In this document: in pieces, positions 25,129 to 38,688 of the stretch
How positions within the stretch are numbered: the first letter of the stretch is position 1
How the letters are laid out: each line of letters opens with the position of its first letter
Assembly: GCA_030390025.1 (NCBI GenBank)
Contig: CM059426.1
Coordinates: forward strand, 194,618,001 to 194,682,000
Reading direction: 5' to 3'
Origin: Squalus acanthias
Lineage: Eukaryota
Length of the DNA: 64,000 nucleotides
Translations under genes and position numbers: made by a program
The notes under the pieces: model-generated
Databases searched by the model: none
Told to the model about the DNA's origin: nothing
Seen by the model: the letters and a program-made list of their open reading frames with translations, nothing else

Positions 25129-26336
25129 GGGGACGAAGTTTCCGCTTGGTTGTGCTTTTTTTTCCCTGGCGTAATTCCACCGAAATCCGCGTAACCGGCG
25201 CAAAAGATCACGGAATTTTAAGTGCAAATTATGTTCAGCACAAACAGAGTTTCCGCGATCTCTTGTGATCGTTTAAAAAACATTGCGCTAGAAGCCGGCC
25301 CTGCTGACAAAACTGGCCATGTCCTCAGGCTGAATTAATCACCATTGATTGTGTCAGCTGTGGCTCAGTGGGTAGCACACTCACCTCTGAGTCAGAAGGT
25401 TGTGGGTTCAAGTCCCACTCCAGGGACTTGAGCACATTAAATCTAGGCTGACACTCCAGTGCAGTGCTGAGGGAGTGCTGCACTGTCAGAGGGTGCCGTC
25501 TTTCAGATGAGACATTAAACCAAGGCTCCGTCTGTCCCCTCAGGTGGATGTAAAGGATACCATGGCACTATTTTGAAGCAGAGCAGGGGAGTTATCCCCG
25601 GTGTCCTGGCCAATATTTATCCCTCAATCAACACAAGAAAAACAGATTATCTGGTCATTATCGCATTGCTGTTTGTGGGACCTTGCTGTGCGCAAATTGG
25701 CTGCCGCGTTTCCCATATTACAACAGTGACTACACTTCAAAAAGTACTTAATTGGCTGTAAAGCGCTTTGAAACGTCCGGTGGTCGTGAAAGGCGCTATA
25801 TAAATGCAATTCTTTCTTTCTTTCTCACTCACTCACTCTGTGTTCCCGCCATTAGCGGGCCTTTGAGGCGGCTCTAAAAAAAATTAAGCTGGATCTTTTG
25901 GCCGCAAGGATAATAACTTTTAAAGCTTTTGAATGTATTTTTTTAAATTTACTAAAAGTGACTACTGTACCCCATATAACTAGAAAATGGTGCCGTATAT
26001 TTTTTTTAAAGTCATTTTCAGTCATTTAAAATCGGTTATTCACAGGTGGTGGATTGACTCTGATTTTAAAAATGCATATTTTTTGTGATAAACCCATTTT
26101 CAGATGTATTAATCAAACTGCACCTACTTACCATTCTTAAATATATCAAGGAATATTTTTTAAAACATTTTAAATCAGGCAGATTGCGCTGGTTCGTGGC
26201 CGGTTTAGCGTTCGGTGATATGCAAATGCATTTGAGCAGAAATTCAAGGAAAAAAAAACACTTTTCCAAACGGGCCCGATTTTGGGCGCAATTTGCACCG
26301 GTTTCGCCGATTGCGTCCAGAGCGGAAATTCTACCC
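25129..26336. mobile_element. Harbinger-type MITE, inverted relative of 45391-46077, carrying a nested SINE
   Basis: Termini GGGGACGAAGTTTCCGC...GCGGAAATTCTACCC; body is reverse-complement similar to 45391-46077. Confidence 0.75.
25352..25825 (+). mobile_element. tRNA-headed DeuSINE (SacSINE1-like) with an L2-type tail
   Basis: A box TGGCTCAGTGG, B box GGTTCAAGTCC; Deu-like core CCATGGCACTATTTTGAAG..CCCCGGTGTCCTGGCCAA; tail AAAGGCGCTATATAAATGCAA then (TTTC)n. Confidence 0.85.
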
Positions 26337-27394
26337 ATTACATGTGAGGGCAGTATGAGGCATTAAAACAAAATAAAACCTTCCAACACTGGATAGCAGC
26401 TTTTCAGGGCCATTTTTTTTTTGTACTGGTCCTTCCATGTCACAATCTCAGGTGAGACAGGGAAACTATTCACTTTGTTACTCTGTAAACGGTTGACGTC
26501 CTTCTGATTGAGCCATTCACTGACGCGTGACTGAATTGATGCTAAATGCATACATTTGTGCTCCAGCTGGTAAGAAACTAAAATGCAGTGTTTTTAAGAG
26601 TAGGGTTTTTAGTTTGGGTTAGACAATCCAGTCACATAATAAAAGGCCGATTAATTGCATGCGAGACATGACACTGGTGAACACACTGATGCTCTGTGTT
26701 TGACAGCAATTCTCTTCAGCCTGTTCATCAAGACATTGATCTATTGAGGCCACCAAGAAATGGCCAAAGTTGGCTGCCTTGTGGACTTGTTTCACATTTT
26801 ATTTTAAAAACACAGAATTTTCAAACATAAACATCTGATTTAGTTTATAGCCGATGTTCCATCAGGTTTAAAATCTGCCTTTTCACTAACATTGATTTTA
26901 TTTTGGTTTTATTTTAACATTGATTCTGATGGATGATGGGTTGAAAGGGTATCAACAGTTAACTTAGTGGTTGGTTCTTTGCTTCACCAAAGGTGATGCT
27001 GCAGAAGTAAAGATCTGTACAGAAATTCAAACAAATGGCCCTGAAGTGACACTATGGTACACAAGGGGAGGTTATTCTGGGTCTGTGCTCAGGTACGATA
27101 GATTGCCTCGGCACAGTGAATATCAGAAAATCGGGCGGGACTAAGTGCACGTTATAACAGAATCCACCCCAGTTTTCTGATGAATTTTGTGATCGTTAAG
27201 GTGAGTACTTTCAATAAAGGAACAAACTTGCATTCATATAGTGCCTCATTACATCTCTCACACATCTCAGCCCACTTCACATTGACTGAATTTCTTCGAA
27301 ATACACTATTTCTGAAGTGAATGTGGTAGCTATTTTGTAGACTCCTACAGCCAGCAGAAAGAGATCATCATCTCCAATCTGAATTTGAACCCTT

Positions 27395-28225
27395 GGGGGT
27401 GATTTTGCGAGCCCTGGGGAGGCGGGTTTGGAGGCGGGACTGCCGGGAAAATGGCAGAATGTGGGGGCGGGTACCCATCCCACCCCAACCTGCCTCCGTG
27501 CCATCTTCCCAGGAGGCGGGTACCTGACCCGCGCTGGGAGCCGTCTCCCTGAGGCGGCTTGGGGATTAGTGCCAATTAACTGCCTGTTAACAGGTAGTTA
27601 ACAGGCAGTTTTTTGGAGAATCCCTATTTTCAGCCCTGAAGTGTGGGCTTCCCGACGGCTCCAAACCACGCCAGGGTCAGCGAGGCGGGCCGTGGGTCTG
27701 CGGGGTTCGGAGGAGCCGAGATGTCCAGTGTGCAGGTGAGTGATGGGTGCGAGTGTGTGAGGGGAATGTAAAGTGTTTTAATAAGTTTTACTTACCTTTA
27801 CTTCTTCCTGCAGGTTTCATCCCTTCAGGTCTCGGGAGTCCCTCATCTCACCGGCACAGAAAGCAGAATGGCCGCTGAACTGTCAAAAGCTGCAGCCTTC
27901 TGCTTTCTGCTCAGGAGAGATCTCTAACTGAGCCTGAGTGACAGGACTGAACTTAGAGGACAGATTGTCAGTGTTTGACAGCTTCACAGAGCCGTCAAAC
28001 GCTGACATTTCATCTGTCAAAAGCTCTTGGCAGATGAAACGTCACTCGCTGACGTCACCAGTAACCGGCTTCCCCTTAATTGGCCTGCTAAGCCCGCTGG
28101 CCGGGCTTAACAAGTTCAATCAAGTGAAAATAGTGTGGGTTGGCCACAATTTGATGGAGGCGAGACTAAAACTCGACAAGTGGGAGTCCCGTCTCCAACG
28201 CGCCCCCATTGGCAAATTCGCCCCC
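27395..28225 (+). mobile_element. Harbinger-type MITE, ~830 bp, copy 1
   Basis: TIRs GGGGGTGATTTTGC...GCAAATTCGCCCCC; collinear with 41872-42693. Confidence 0.85.
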
Positions 28226-28594
28226 CCTTGTCTTGGAGAGAAAATGTTAACTGATTAATGCAATCCACATATTATCTGTGGGTAAAATCAGAAATCATCT
28301 AACATTGAAAAGTTGAAGTTGTATTAGTTATACTATTCGAGATTATACCATAGTTGATAGAGGGGAAGAAAAGTTATATAATTATTTTATTAACAAGTAA
28401 AACTGATATTAAATGCAGAAGGAATTTGAAACAAAACCTTTCACATTAGGCCATCCTCCACATATGGGTCATATAATTTGGTCTATGTTTGGGTAAGTAC
28501 GATACTGTTGTGTCAAATAAGAGAAATGAAAATGAATAAATGTGCCTTTTTTGCAGGTGCAGGGCTCAACAGTAACTTTCTGGAGCACAGAATC

Positions 28595-31500
28595 TTTACA
28601 TATGAACATCCAAAAATGATGGTCTGGAAAAGACCAGCTGGCCCATCAAGCCTGCCCCACACTCATGATCCCTGGAGCATCGTGACTAAACCCTTCCTAA
28701 CAGCCGCCCCCCCCCCCCTCCCCCCACATCGCAAGTATGTAATCTCCTGGGAGAGGTGAAAAACCCAGGGCCATTATAGGAAAAATAAATCTGGAAAATT
28801 CCGCTCCGATCCCCTCAGGCAATCAAAACCAGTCCAGGAGAGCACATTGACCATGCATGCATTACTTAGCTTCACTTAAATCCACTTAGCTTTTCTATAA
28901 TGCGATCTCTGCCCCAGCCAAGAACTGGCACAACTTCCATTGAAGGCTTACAGAGAGTCAGCACACAAGCTGACAAAGCATTCCAAAGGTTCACTACTCA
29001 CTGGGGAAAAGAAAAACTGCCAAACACCTAGTTTGTTCCTACTTCTGCGAAGTTTAAACGCATATCCCCTGGTCCTACTCAATCTGGCATATCCCCTGCT
29101 CCTACTCTGCAGCCAAGAGCATGCCAGGGTAAAGGACATCATCTCTGGGCTGGAGAAGAACTTGGAGGGGGGAGGATCCAGTTGTCGTGGTCCACGTAGG
29201 TACCAACGACATAGGTAGGACAAAGAAAGAGGTTCTGCTGAGAGAGTTTGAGCAGCTATGGGACTAAATTAAAAAGCAGAACCACAAAGGTAATAATCTC
29301 CTGGATTATTACCTGAGCCATGAGCAAATTGGCATAGGGTCAATAGGATCAGGGAGATGAATGCGTGGCTCAAAGATTGGTGTGGGAGAAGTGGGTTTCA
29401 ATTCGTGGGGCACTGGCACCAGTACTGGGGAAAGAGAGAGCGGTTCCGTTGGGGCGGACTACACCTGAACCATGCTGGGACCAGAGTTCTAGCGAATCGA
29501 ATAACTAGGGAGGTAGATAGGGCTTTAAACTAAATAAGGCGGGGGGGGGGGGGGAAGGTCCTGGGGGGAGAGAAATCTAGAATGCTAAAGAGAAAAGACA
29601 AGGAAGCAGTGTAGGAAAGTGATTGGGGTAAGGATAACCAGATTGTGTTAGGAAGGGACAGAGCGTACAAACAAAAGAGTGCACTAACAAATAGGGTTCG
29701 GGTAAGAAAAAATGGTAATAAGACAAATAGGGCTATAGTACAAAAAAATGTTAAGATGTCTAAAAATGTTAAAAAGACAAATCTAAAGGCACTGTATCTG
29801 AATGCACGAAGCATTCGTAATAAGGTAGACGAATTAACAGCGCAAATAGATGTAAACGGATACAATATAATTGCAATTACGGAGACATGGCTGCAGGGTG
29901 ACCAAGGCTGGGAGCTGAATATCCAAGGATATTCGATATTTAGGAAGGATAGGCAAAAAGGAAAAGGAGGTGGGGTGGCGTTGTTAGTAAAAGATGAAAT
30001 CAGAGCAATAGTGAGAAAGGATATTGGCTCAGAAAATCAAGATGTAGAATCAGTCTGGGTGGAGCTAAGAAGCACCAAGGGGCAGAAAACATTGGTGGGA
30101 GTTGTCTATAGGCCTCCAAACAGTACTGGTAATGTAGGGGACGGCATCAAACTGGAAATTAGAGATGCATGTAACAAGGGTACTACAGTAATCATGGGAG
30201 ACTTTAATCTACATATAGACTGGCCAAACCAAATTAGCAATAATACTGTGGAGGATGAATTCCAGGAGTGTGTACGAGATGATTTTTTAGACCAGTATGT
30301 TGAGGAGCCAACTAGGAAACAGGCTATCCTAGATTGGGTATTGTGCAATGAGAAGGGGTTAATTAATCTTCTGCGGGGTCCTTTAGGGAAGAGTGACCAT
30401 AACATGATAGAATTCTTCATTAAGATGGAAAGTGAAGAAGTCCAATCGGAAACTAGGGTCCTAAATCTAAACAAAGGAAACTACGATGGTATGAGGAGTG
30501 AGTTGGCTATGATAGATTGGGGAGCTTCATTAAAAGGCATGACGGTGGATAGGCAATGGCTAACATTTAAGGAATGAATGCATGAATTCCTTTCTGGTGC
30601 AAAAACACAAAAGGAAAAGTGGCCCAACCATGGCTAACAAAAGAACTTAAGGATAGTATTAGACCCAAAGAGGAGTCATATAAAGTTGCCAGAAAAAGTA
30701 GCAAGCCTGAGGATTGGGAGCAGTTTAAGAGTTCAGCAAAAAAGGACCAAGAGGGGAAAAATAGAGTATGAGAGTAAACTTGCAAGGAACATAAAAGTGG
30801 ACTGTAAAAGTATCTACAAGTATGTAAAAAGAAAAAGATTAGTGAAGACAAATGTAGGTCCCTTATAGTCAGAAACGGGACAATTTATAATGAGGAACAA
30901 GGAAATGGCAGAGCAATTAAACAAATACTTTGGTTCTGCCTTCACAGGAGAGGATACAAATAACTTCACAGAAATGCGAGGGAACCAAGGGTCTAGTGAG
31001 AAGGAGGAATTAAAGGAAATTAGTATTAGTAAAAAAATAGTGCTGGAGAAATTAATGGGACTGAAAGCTGATAAATCCCCAGGGCCTGATAATCTGCATC
31101 CCAGAGTACTAAAAGAGGTAGCCATGGAATAGTGGATGCATTGGTTGTCATCTTCCAAAATTCTATAGATTATGGAACAGTTCCTGCAGATTGGAGGGTG
31201 GCAAATGTAACTCCACTATTTAAGGAGGGAGAGAGAAAACCGGGAACTACAGACCGGTTAGCCTAACATCAGTAGTAGGGAAAATGCTAGAGTCTATTAT
31301 TAAGGATGTGATAACAGGACACTTGGAAATTATCAATGGATTAGACAAGGTCAGCATGGATTTATGAAAGGAAAATCGTGTTTGACAAACCTACTGGAGT
31401 TTTTTGAGGATGTAACTGCAAGATTGGATAAGGGAGAACCAGTGGATGTGGTGTATTTGGATTTTCAGAAGGCCTTTGATAAAGTCCCACATAAGAGTTT

Positions 31501-34100
31501 AGTGTGCAAAATTAAAGCACATGGGATTGGGGTAATATACTGGCATGGATTGAAAATTGGTTAACAGACAGGAAACGGAGAGTAGGAATAAATGGGTCTT
31601 TTTCGGGGTGACAGGCGGTGACTAGTGGGGTACCACAGGGATCAGTGCTTGGGCCCCAGCTATTCACAATATATATCAATGATTTGGATGAGGGAACCAA
31701 ATGTCAGCAAACTTGGAATATTACGACACAAAACTAGGTGGGATTGTGAGGAGGATGCAAAGAGGCTTCAAGGCGATTTAGACAAGTTGAGTGAGTGGGC
31801 AAATACATGGCAGATGCAGTATAACGTGGATAAATGTGAAGTTATCCACTTCGGTAGGAAAAACAGAAAGGCAGAGTATTATTTAAATGGTGATAGATTG
31901 GGAAATGTTGATGTACAGAGGGAACTGGGTGTCCTTGTACACCAGTCACTGAAAGCAAACATGCAGGTGCAGCAAGCAGTTAGGAAGGCAAATGGTATGT
32001 TGGCCTTCATTGCAAGAGGATTTAAGTACAGGAGCAAGGATATCTTACTACAGTTGTACAGGGCCTTGGTGAGATCACACCTGGAGTACTGTGTGCTGTT
32101 TTGGTCTCCTTACCTAAGAAAGGATATACTTGCCATAGAGGGAGTGCAGCGAAGGTTCACCAGACTGATTCCTGGGATGGCAGGACTGTCGTATGAGGAG
32201 CAATTGGGTCAACTAGACCTGTATTCACTAGAGTTTAGAAGAATGAGAGGGGATCTCATTGAAACGTATAAAATTCAGACAGCTACAGACTGGATGCAGA
32301 GAGGATGTTTCCCCTGGCTGGGGGGTCGAGAACGAGGGGTCACAGTCTTAGCATACGGGGTAGGACATTTAGGACTTGGATGAGGAGAACCTGTGGAATT
32401 CTCTACCACAGAAGGCTGTGGAGGCCAAGTCACTGAATATATTTAAGAAGTAGATAGATCGATTTCTAGACACAAAAGGCATCAAGGGGTATGGGGAGAG
32501 AGCGGGAATATGGTATTGAGATAGAGGATCAGCCATGATATTGAATGGTGGAGCAGGCTCGAAGTGCCGAATGGCCTACTCCTGCTTCTATTTTTCTATG
32601 TTTCTAAACTGAAATTCCAAGGCCACTATATCACCCACCATGGGAGGGCACCAAAACTGGTGCAATACTCCAGATGTTGTCTAACCAAGGGCCTGTATAA
32701 TGACAGAATGGTGTCCATTGATTTGTACTGAATGGTTCTATTAATACAACCCAATACTGTACCTTGTTTGCTTTGCTTACAGCTTCTCTGCATTGGTTGT
32801 GAACTTTGAGCAATCTGTGCACAATAACATCTAGATCCTTTTGTCTTTCAGTATTGTTCCCTGCAAATTATAGGTATATTCTGTGTTGGTCCATCCCACA
32901 TGCATCACTGCATTTATCTGGGTTAAATGCCATTTGCCATTGTTTGTCCTATTCATCTAGTGCATCTAAATCTATTTGCAGAAGATTGATTTCCTCTACA
33001 GACTTGACCCTTGCACAAATTTTAGTGTCATCAGCAAATGTATTCACCATACCCCCAACAGCGCTATCCAGACCACTAATAAAAACAGCGAACTGCAGTG
33101 GGCCTAACATCGATTCCTGGGGGGCACCACCAGAAACTACCTCCAGGCTGATCCACAGCCACCAACTACAACTTTTTGCCTGTGGAATTGGAGTTAATCC
33201 CTAATCCAGCCTATCAACTTCCCACTGATACCACAAGATTCTGTCTTGTGAAGTAATCTATTGTGAGGTACTTTATCGAAGGCTTTCTGAAACTCTAGGT
33301 AAACAGTGACAACCGGATTTACCCTCGTCCACTAATCTAGTAACTTCTTCAAAAAACTCAAATCAAGTTTGTAAGACATGACCACCTTTTCCAGAAGCTG
33401 TGTTGAGTATCTCTCAAGGCCCCTTCTCTTTCCCAGTGCTCATAAGGAACATCCCTTAGGATCCCTTCAAGCATCTTCACCATGATGGGTGTTAGGCTGA
33501 TGGGCCTGCAGTTCCTTAGCTCTGATTTGTCCCTGTTTTTTTTTGTGAAAATTGTAACGACATGAGCTGCCTTCCAATCTAAGGGAACTATCCCTGACTC
33601 TGTTGAGCTATTGAAGATGTGGGCAAGGGGCTCACAGAGCACCTGTCCCATCTCTTTAAACACCCTTGGGTGGATGCCATCTGGACCTGGAGCCCTATCT
33701 AATTTGACATTTCCTATTCTATCCAAGATGGCATCTTTATCTCTTTTTTAACATTTGTAATGCTGTTTAATACAGGGCATCCCACAGCTGGAACATGAGC
33801 ATCATCCACAGGTGTAAAGACTGATGTGAAATAATCATTTAGCAGCTCTGCTAAAACCTGAGAATCAGTTTGAATCTGTCTTTCAGTTGCCCAATAGGAT
33901 CTTTAACGGTCTTCTGACTCCTGACGTTGCTGAAAAATCTTTTGCTATTAATAACAACAGTTGTGCACCATCTTCTTTTCCAGAGATCTCTTAGCTACTA
34001 TAACGGCTGCTTTTGTCCCCCTCAATTGCTTGTGATATTCCTCCCTATTCTCCTGTGCGTTACATTCCTTAAGCTTTCTGCTTCAATCTAATGTGTCTGT
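28595..34100 (-). mobile_element. Older CR1 LINE (28595-29105 and 32606-34100) split by a younger CR1
   Basis: 3' UTR at ~28600; RT fragments RAPGPDGIHPRVFKEM...CRPISLT...SCLTNLI on the minus strand at 33358-33726. Confidence 0.8.
29115..32605 (+). mobile_element. CR1 LINE: partial ORF1 (SGNH esterase-like) plus disrupted ORF2 (APE endonuclease-RT)
   Basis: LKALYLNARSIRNK..IAITETWL..GVVYRPP..IMGDFN..SDHN; DKSPGPD; YLDFQKAFDKVPH; stops and frameshifts; tail TTCTATGTTTCT. Confidence 0.95.
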
Positions 34101-34589
34101 GATCATTTCTAGTGAACCTTTTATGGTTTTGTTTTTGCCATGAACCCTTCTTTCAACCATAAGGGCATACATGGCTTGGGCAGAAAATTTTGCAGAGCCT
34201 TATTTGCCTATTTTAAATGTTCTCAGTTATTAGAGAGAACAAGGTGAAGGCCCAAAACCAATAAATCCAAATACCACCAAAGTTAAAAGAATTTTAAAAA
34301 AAACATGTAAATAAGAATATAATGGTTAGGGTGATGCCTAGCTTGGGTTTTAACAAGTGTGTTGGAGGAAGGAAAGGCTGAGGGAAATGTTAGATTCCAC
34401 AAAGCAAGCTTTATTCAGGGGTTATAGGGTATGTATTTTTAAGTGGCACTGTTATAGGAAGCACGTCTGGTAACTTAAAATGTTATTGGGAACAGAGTCA
34501 ACTTCTTGTACCCTCCAGCTGCCTCTTGATCATGTTGCCTTGGGGTATGGTGGCACAGTGGTTATGTTACTGGACTAGTAATCCAGAGG

Positions 34590-34726
34590 TGATTTCTGAT
34601 GAAAGGTCATCGACCTGAAACGTCAACTCTCTTTCTCTCTCTACGGATGCTGCCTGGCCTGCTGAGTTTTTCCAGCGTTTTCTGTTGTTATTTCGGATTT
34701 CCAGCATCTGCAGTATTTTGCTATCG
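34590..34726 (+). mobile_element. 137-bp Penelope pLTR insertion beginning at a hammerhead motif
   Basis: 14-bp TSD TAGTAATCCAGAGG (34576-34589 and 34727-34740); homologous to 57320-57453. Confidence 0.88.
34594..34626 (+). ncRNA. Minimal type I hammerhead ribozyme motif (GUC site, truncated stem I)
   Basis: CUGAUGA-A-AGGUC-AUC-GACCU-GAAA-C/GUC. Confidence 0.6.
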
Positions 34727-35459
34727 TAGTAATCCAGAGGCCTGGACGAATGTAACTCCAGTGACTTGAGTTCAAATCCCACCACGGCAGTTGGGGAATT
34801 TAATTTCATTTAAATAAATCTGGAATTAAAAAAGAAAAACTAGGGTCAGTAATGATGACCATGAAAATACTGCATTGCCATAAAAACCCATCTGGTTCAC
34901 GAATGTTCTTTTAGGGCAGGTAGTCTGCTGTCCTTACCTGGTCTGGCCTATATGTGACTCCAGACCCACAGCAATGTGGTTGACTCTTCACTGCCCTTCT
35001 CAAGGACAATTGGGGATGGGTAATAAATTTTTATTCATTCACGGGATGTGGGCCTTACCAGCGACGCCCATGAATGACTAAAAAAAGATGCCCCGTATTC
35101 TTTACTTACCTGCAAGTTCCCTATTAACTGCTTGCTGTGCATTCAAAATATAGTGCTATGATGGCGAGTAGATCAGTTTCAGAGCACAAAGTAGAATGGG
35201 ATGGCTTTACCACCCAATAGCATTTCATGTAAAGAGTGAATGGAGCATGTAAGTGCTATATTATAGATGCTAATTAAACAATTTTGGGGGTAGGAGTGCT
35301 CAAAGGCTTTATTCATTTCGGGTACTTGCCAATTTCATCTGTATGCTTCCTGATATGGGCATCTGCTAATATTAAGCCCTGTTTTTTAAAAAAAATTTTG
35401 GTAAAAACTATAAGCCATGTGAAATTTATGGTATGTTAAAGTATAAACTCATTTTAAGA

Positions 35460-38400
35460 AAGAGATATACAGCACAGAAAGAGGCCCTTCGGCCCATCGT
35501 GTCCGCGCTGGCCATCAAGCCCTATGTATTCGAATCCCATTTTCCAGCACTTGGTCCGTAGCCTTGTATGCTATGGCGTTTCAAGTGCTCATTTAAATGC
35601 TTCTTGAATGTTGTGAGGGTTCCTGCCTCTACCACTCTTGTGTGTTCCAGATTCCAACCACCCTCTGGGTGAAAAAGTTTTTCATCAAATCCCCTCTAAA
35701 CCTCCTGCCCCTTACCTTGAAACTATGCCCCCTGGTTATTAACCCCTCTACTAAGGGGAAAAGTTCCTTTCTATCTACCCTATCTATGCCCCTCATAATT
35801 TTGTACACCTCAATCAGGTCCCCCCTCAGCCTTCTCTGCTCTAAGGAAAACAACCCCAGCCTGTCCAGTCTCTCATCATAGCTGAAGCGCTGCAGCCCAG
35901 GCAACATCCTGGTGAATCTCCTCTGCACCCTCTCTAATGCAATCACATCCTTCCTATAGTGTGGCGACCAGAACTGCACACAGTATTCCAGCTGAGGCCT
36001 AAAGAGCGTTTTGTACAGCTCCATCATAACCTCCCTGCTCTTATATTCTATGCCTCGGCTAATGAAGGCAAGTATCCCATATGCCTTTTTAACCACCTTA
36101 TCTACCTGTCCTGCTGCCTTCAGGGATCTATGTACATGCACACCAAGGTCTCTCTGATCCTCTGTCCTTCCTAGGGTCCTACCATTCATTGTGTATTCCC
36201 TTGCCTTGTTCGTCCTCCCAAAATGCATCACCTCACACTTTTCAGGGTTAAATTCCATTTGCCACTGTTCTGCCCATCTGACCAACCCGTCTATATCGTC
36301 CTGTAGCCTGAGGCTTCCCTCCTCGCTATTTACCACTCCACCAATTTTCGTGTCATCTGCGAACTTACTGATCATACCTCCTACATTCATATCTAAATCA
36401 TTAATGTACACTACAAACAGCAAAGGACCCAGCACCGATCCCTGCGGTACACCACTGGACACAGGCTTCCAGTCACACAAACAACCTTCGACCATCACCC
36501 TCTGCCTCCTGCCGCTAAGCCAATTTTGGATCCAATGTGCCAAATTGCCCTGGATCCCATGGGCTCTTACCTTCTTGACCAGTCTCCCATGTGGGACTTT
36601 GTCAAAAGCCTTACTGAAGTCCATGTAGACTACATCAACTGCACTACCCTCATCCACACACCTGGTCACCCCCTCGAAAAATTCAATCAAATTGGTTAGA
36701 CATGATCTCCCCCTGACAAAGCTATGCTGACTATCCTTGATTAATCCTTGCCTCTCCAAGTGGAGACTAATTCTGTCCCTCAGAATTTTTTCCAATAATT
36801 TCCCTACCACTGATGTTAGGCTCACTGGCCTGTAATTCCCTGGTTTATCCCTACTACCCTTCTTGAATAATGGTACTTCGTTAGCTGTCCTCCAGTCCTC
36901 TGGCACCTTCCCTGTGGCCAAAGAGGTTCTGAAAATTTGTGTCAGAGCCCCTGCAATCTCCTCCCTTGCCTCACACAGCAGCCTGGGATACATCTCGTCT
37001 GGGCCTGCGGATTTATCCACTTTTAAGCCCGCTAAAACCGCTAGTACTGTGAAGGAATACGCCATATTCAGAAAAATACACCATCCTATGAAAGAATTTT
37101 GACTTTATTAAAACTTGACAAACTGGGTTTGAAAATCTGGAAGCCTCAACAATCTAAAGCTGTGAACAGCATACAGGCTTTTGAGATAAGATAAGTTGTT
37201 GACACTGAAACAATAGCCTTAATGAAACAAAAGGTTAAAGGTTCCTGGAAGTCTGAAGCTTGGAAAGAACACAATGGTATACCCAGTTGAAGTGTCTTAA
37301 ACCAACACTTCGTAAAGAAACACAGAAAATTAAAGAAACATATGCCTTCGTAAATATGACATCAAATGAAACACGGAGACACGATTATGTGTTGCAACCA
37401 GTTGAGGTAACTAAGAAGACAATGGTGCAACCAGCTGAGGTGTTCTAAATGCAAAAGATACAAACAGAAAACCTTGGTAAGAAAGACATCAAATAGATGC
37501 ACCAGCTCCACACCGCTTTTTATGATAAGCTTCGAACACCTAAAGGTAGAGACACAAGTCTGCTTGCTACAAGCTGATCTAACTAAGAATAGAAGGGGTC
37601 AGCAGAAAAATGACTAGAGATAATTAACTTACATCAGCAGAAAACTTCAAAGGAAATACCACTGAGAAAGGGTATAAAAATTGGACTTTCAAATGGGAAG
37701 ACAGATTCGCTGTAAAGGAGCAAAGCGATTCTCAGGCTTCAGAGACAAGCTCTAAGTCTTTAACTCTTTGTATCTCGGGGATCAAAAAGGTACTTGTATT
37801 TGATTTTGGTGGATATCCTGGAATAGACTAAGAAATGTAAAAAGTTGATTTGCGAATAAGGATCTCTGATAAGATTGTAAAAGCTTTTGTATTTGGAACT
37901 GTTAATGTTGCGATTGAAATACTTACTGTAACGACATGTCGGTTCTTTAATAAATCTATATATTTTTAGAATTGTCTCACATAGTACTTCTGTATCAAAC
38001 TCGCAAACTCAATCTCTGTACACTCTTTGGTGAGGAGTTGCAGAATTCTGAGGGAATTTTCGGACCCTCATAAAATCCTGGAACGTTACAGTCTAGCTAA
38101 ACTTATTATAAGTGCTATCTGGAGGATGGTAACATCTTCAGGCTGTTCCTTTAGGGAGAGATAGTCTGGACCTTTAGACCCAATTAAGCATCTTTAGGAT
38201 TCAGCTACCTCTAACTTTAGTTGAAGGTGAACGTCTGGGGAATACGCCTGATCTGGGTGAGCCCAAAAGGGGCTAGGACTAGTAATAATCCCTTCAGTAC
38301 CTCCTCCCTCTCAATACTAATTTGTTCAAGTATATCACAATCCCACTGCATGATTTCTATGCCTACATCGTCCTTCTCCATAGTGAACACAGATGCAAAA

Positions 38401-38688
38401 TATTCATTTAAAACCTCACCCACATCTTCCGGCTCTACACACAGATTGCCACTTTGGTCCCTAATGGGCCCTAGTCTTTCCCTGGTTATCCTCTTGCCCT
38501 TAATATACTTATAAAACACCTTGGGATTTTCCTTTATTTTGACCGCCAGTGTTTTTTCATGCCCCCTCTTCACTCTCCTAATTTCTTTTTTAAGTACCCC
38601 CCTGCACTTTCTATACTCCTCTAGGGCTTCCACTGTTTTTAGTCCTTTGTATCTGCCAAAAGCCTCCCCTTTTTTTTTCCTAATCCAT
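35460..38688 (-). mobile_element. Young 5'-truncated CR1 LINE with an uninterrupted RT domain, split by an LTR
   Basis: 478-aa ORF at 35629-37065 with [23 protein letters not shown] and KFADD; ORF2 continues upstream at 38297-38688. Confidence 0.95.
37048..38296 (+). mobile_element. Solo LTR, 1249 bp
   Basis: TG...CA termini; 4-bp TSD GTAC (37044-37047 and 38297-38300); TATAAAA at 37673, AATAAA at 37949. Confidence 0.85.

Larger units (their letters stand above)
34545..35086 (+). mobile_element. tRNA-derived SINE with a LINE-derived tail, interrupted at 34590-34726
   Basis: A box TGGCACAGTGG, B box GAGTTCAAATCC; 3' end matches the tail of the LINE at 46784-46860. Confidence 0.8.

Noticed and set aside
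25352-25425. tRNA gene
   Set aside because: A and B boxes belong to a SINE head that continues into a Deu core and LINE tail; the same applies at 34545
29645-30577. 310-aa ORF as a host nuclease
   Set aside because: It is the CR1 APE endonuclease domain followed by stops and frameshifts
35629-37065. 478-aa ORF as a host gene
   Set aside because: It is the RT of a 5'-truncated, LTR-interrupted CR1, and its start codon comes from the LTR
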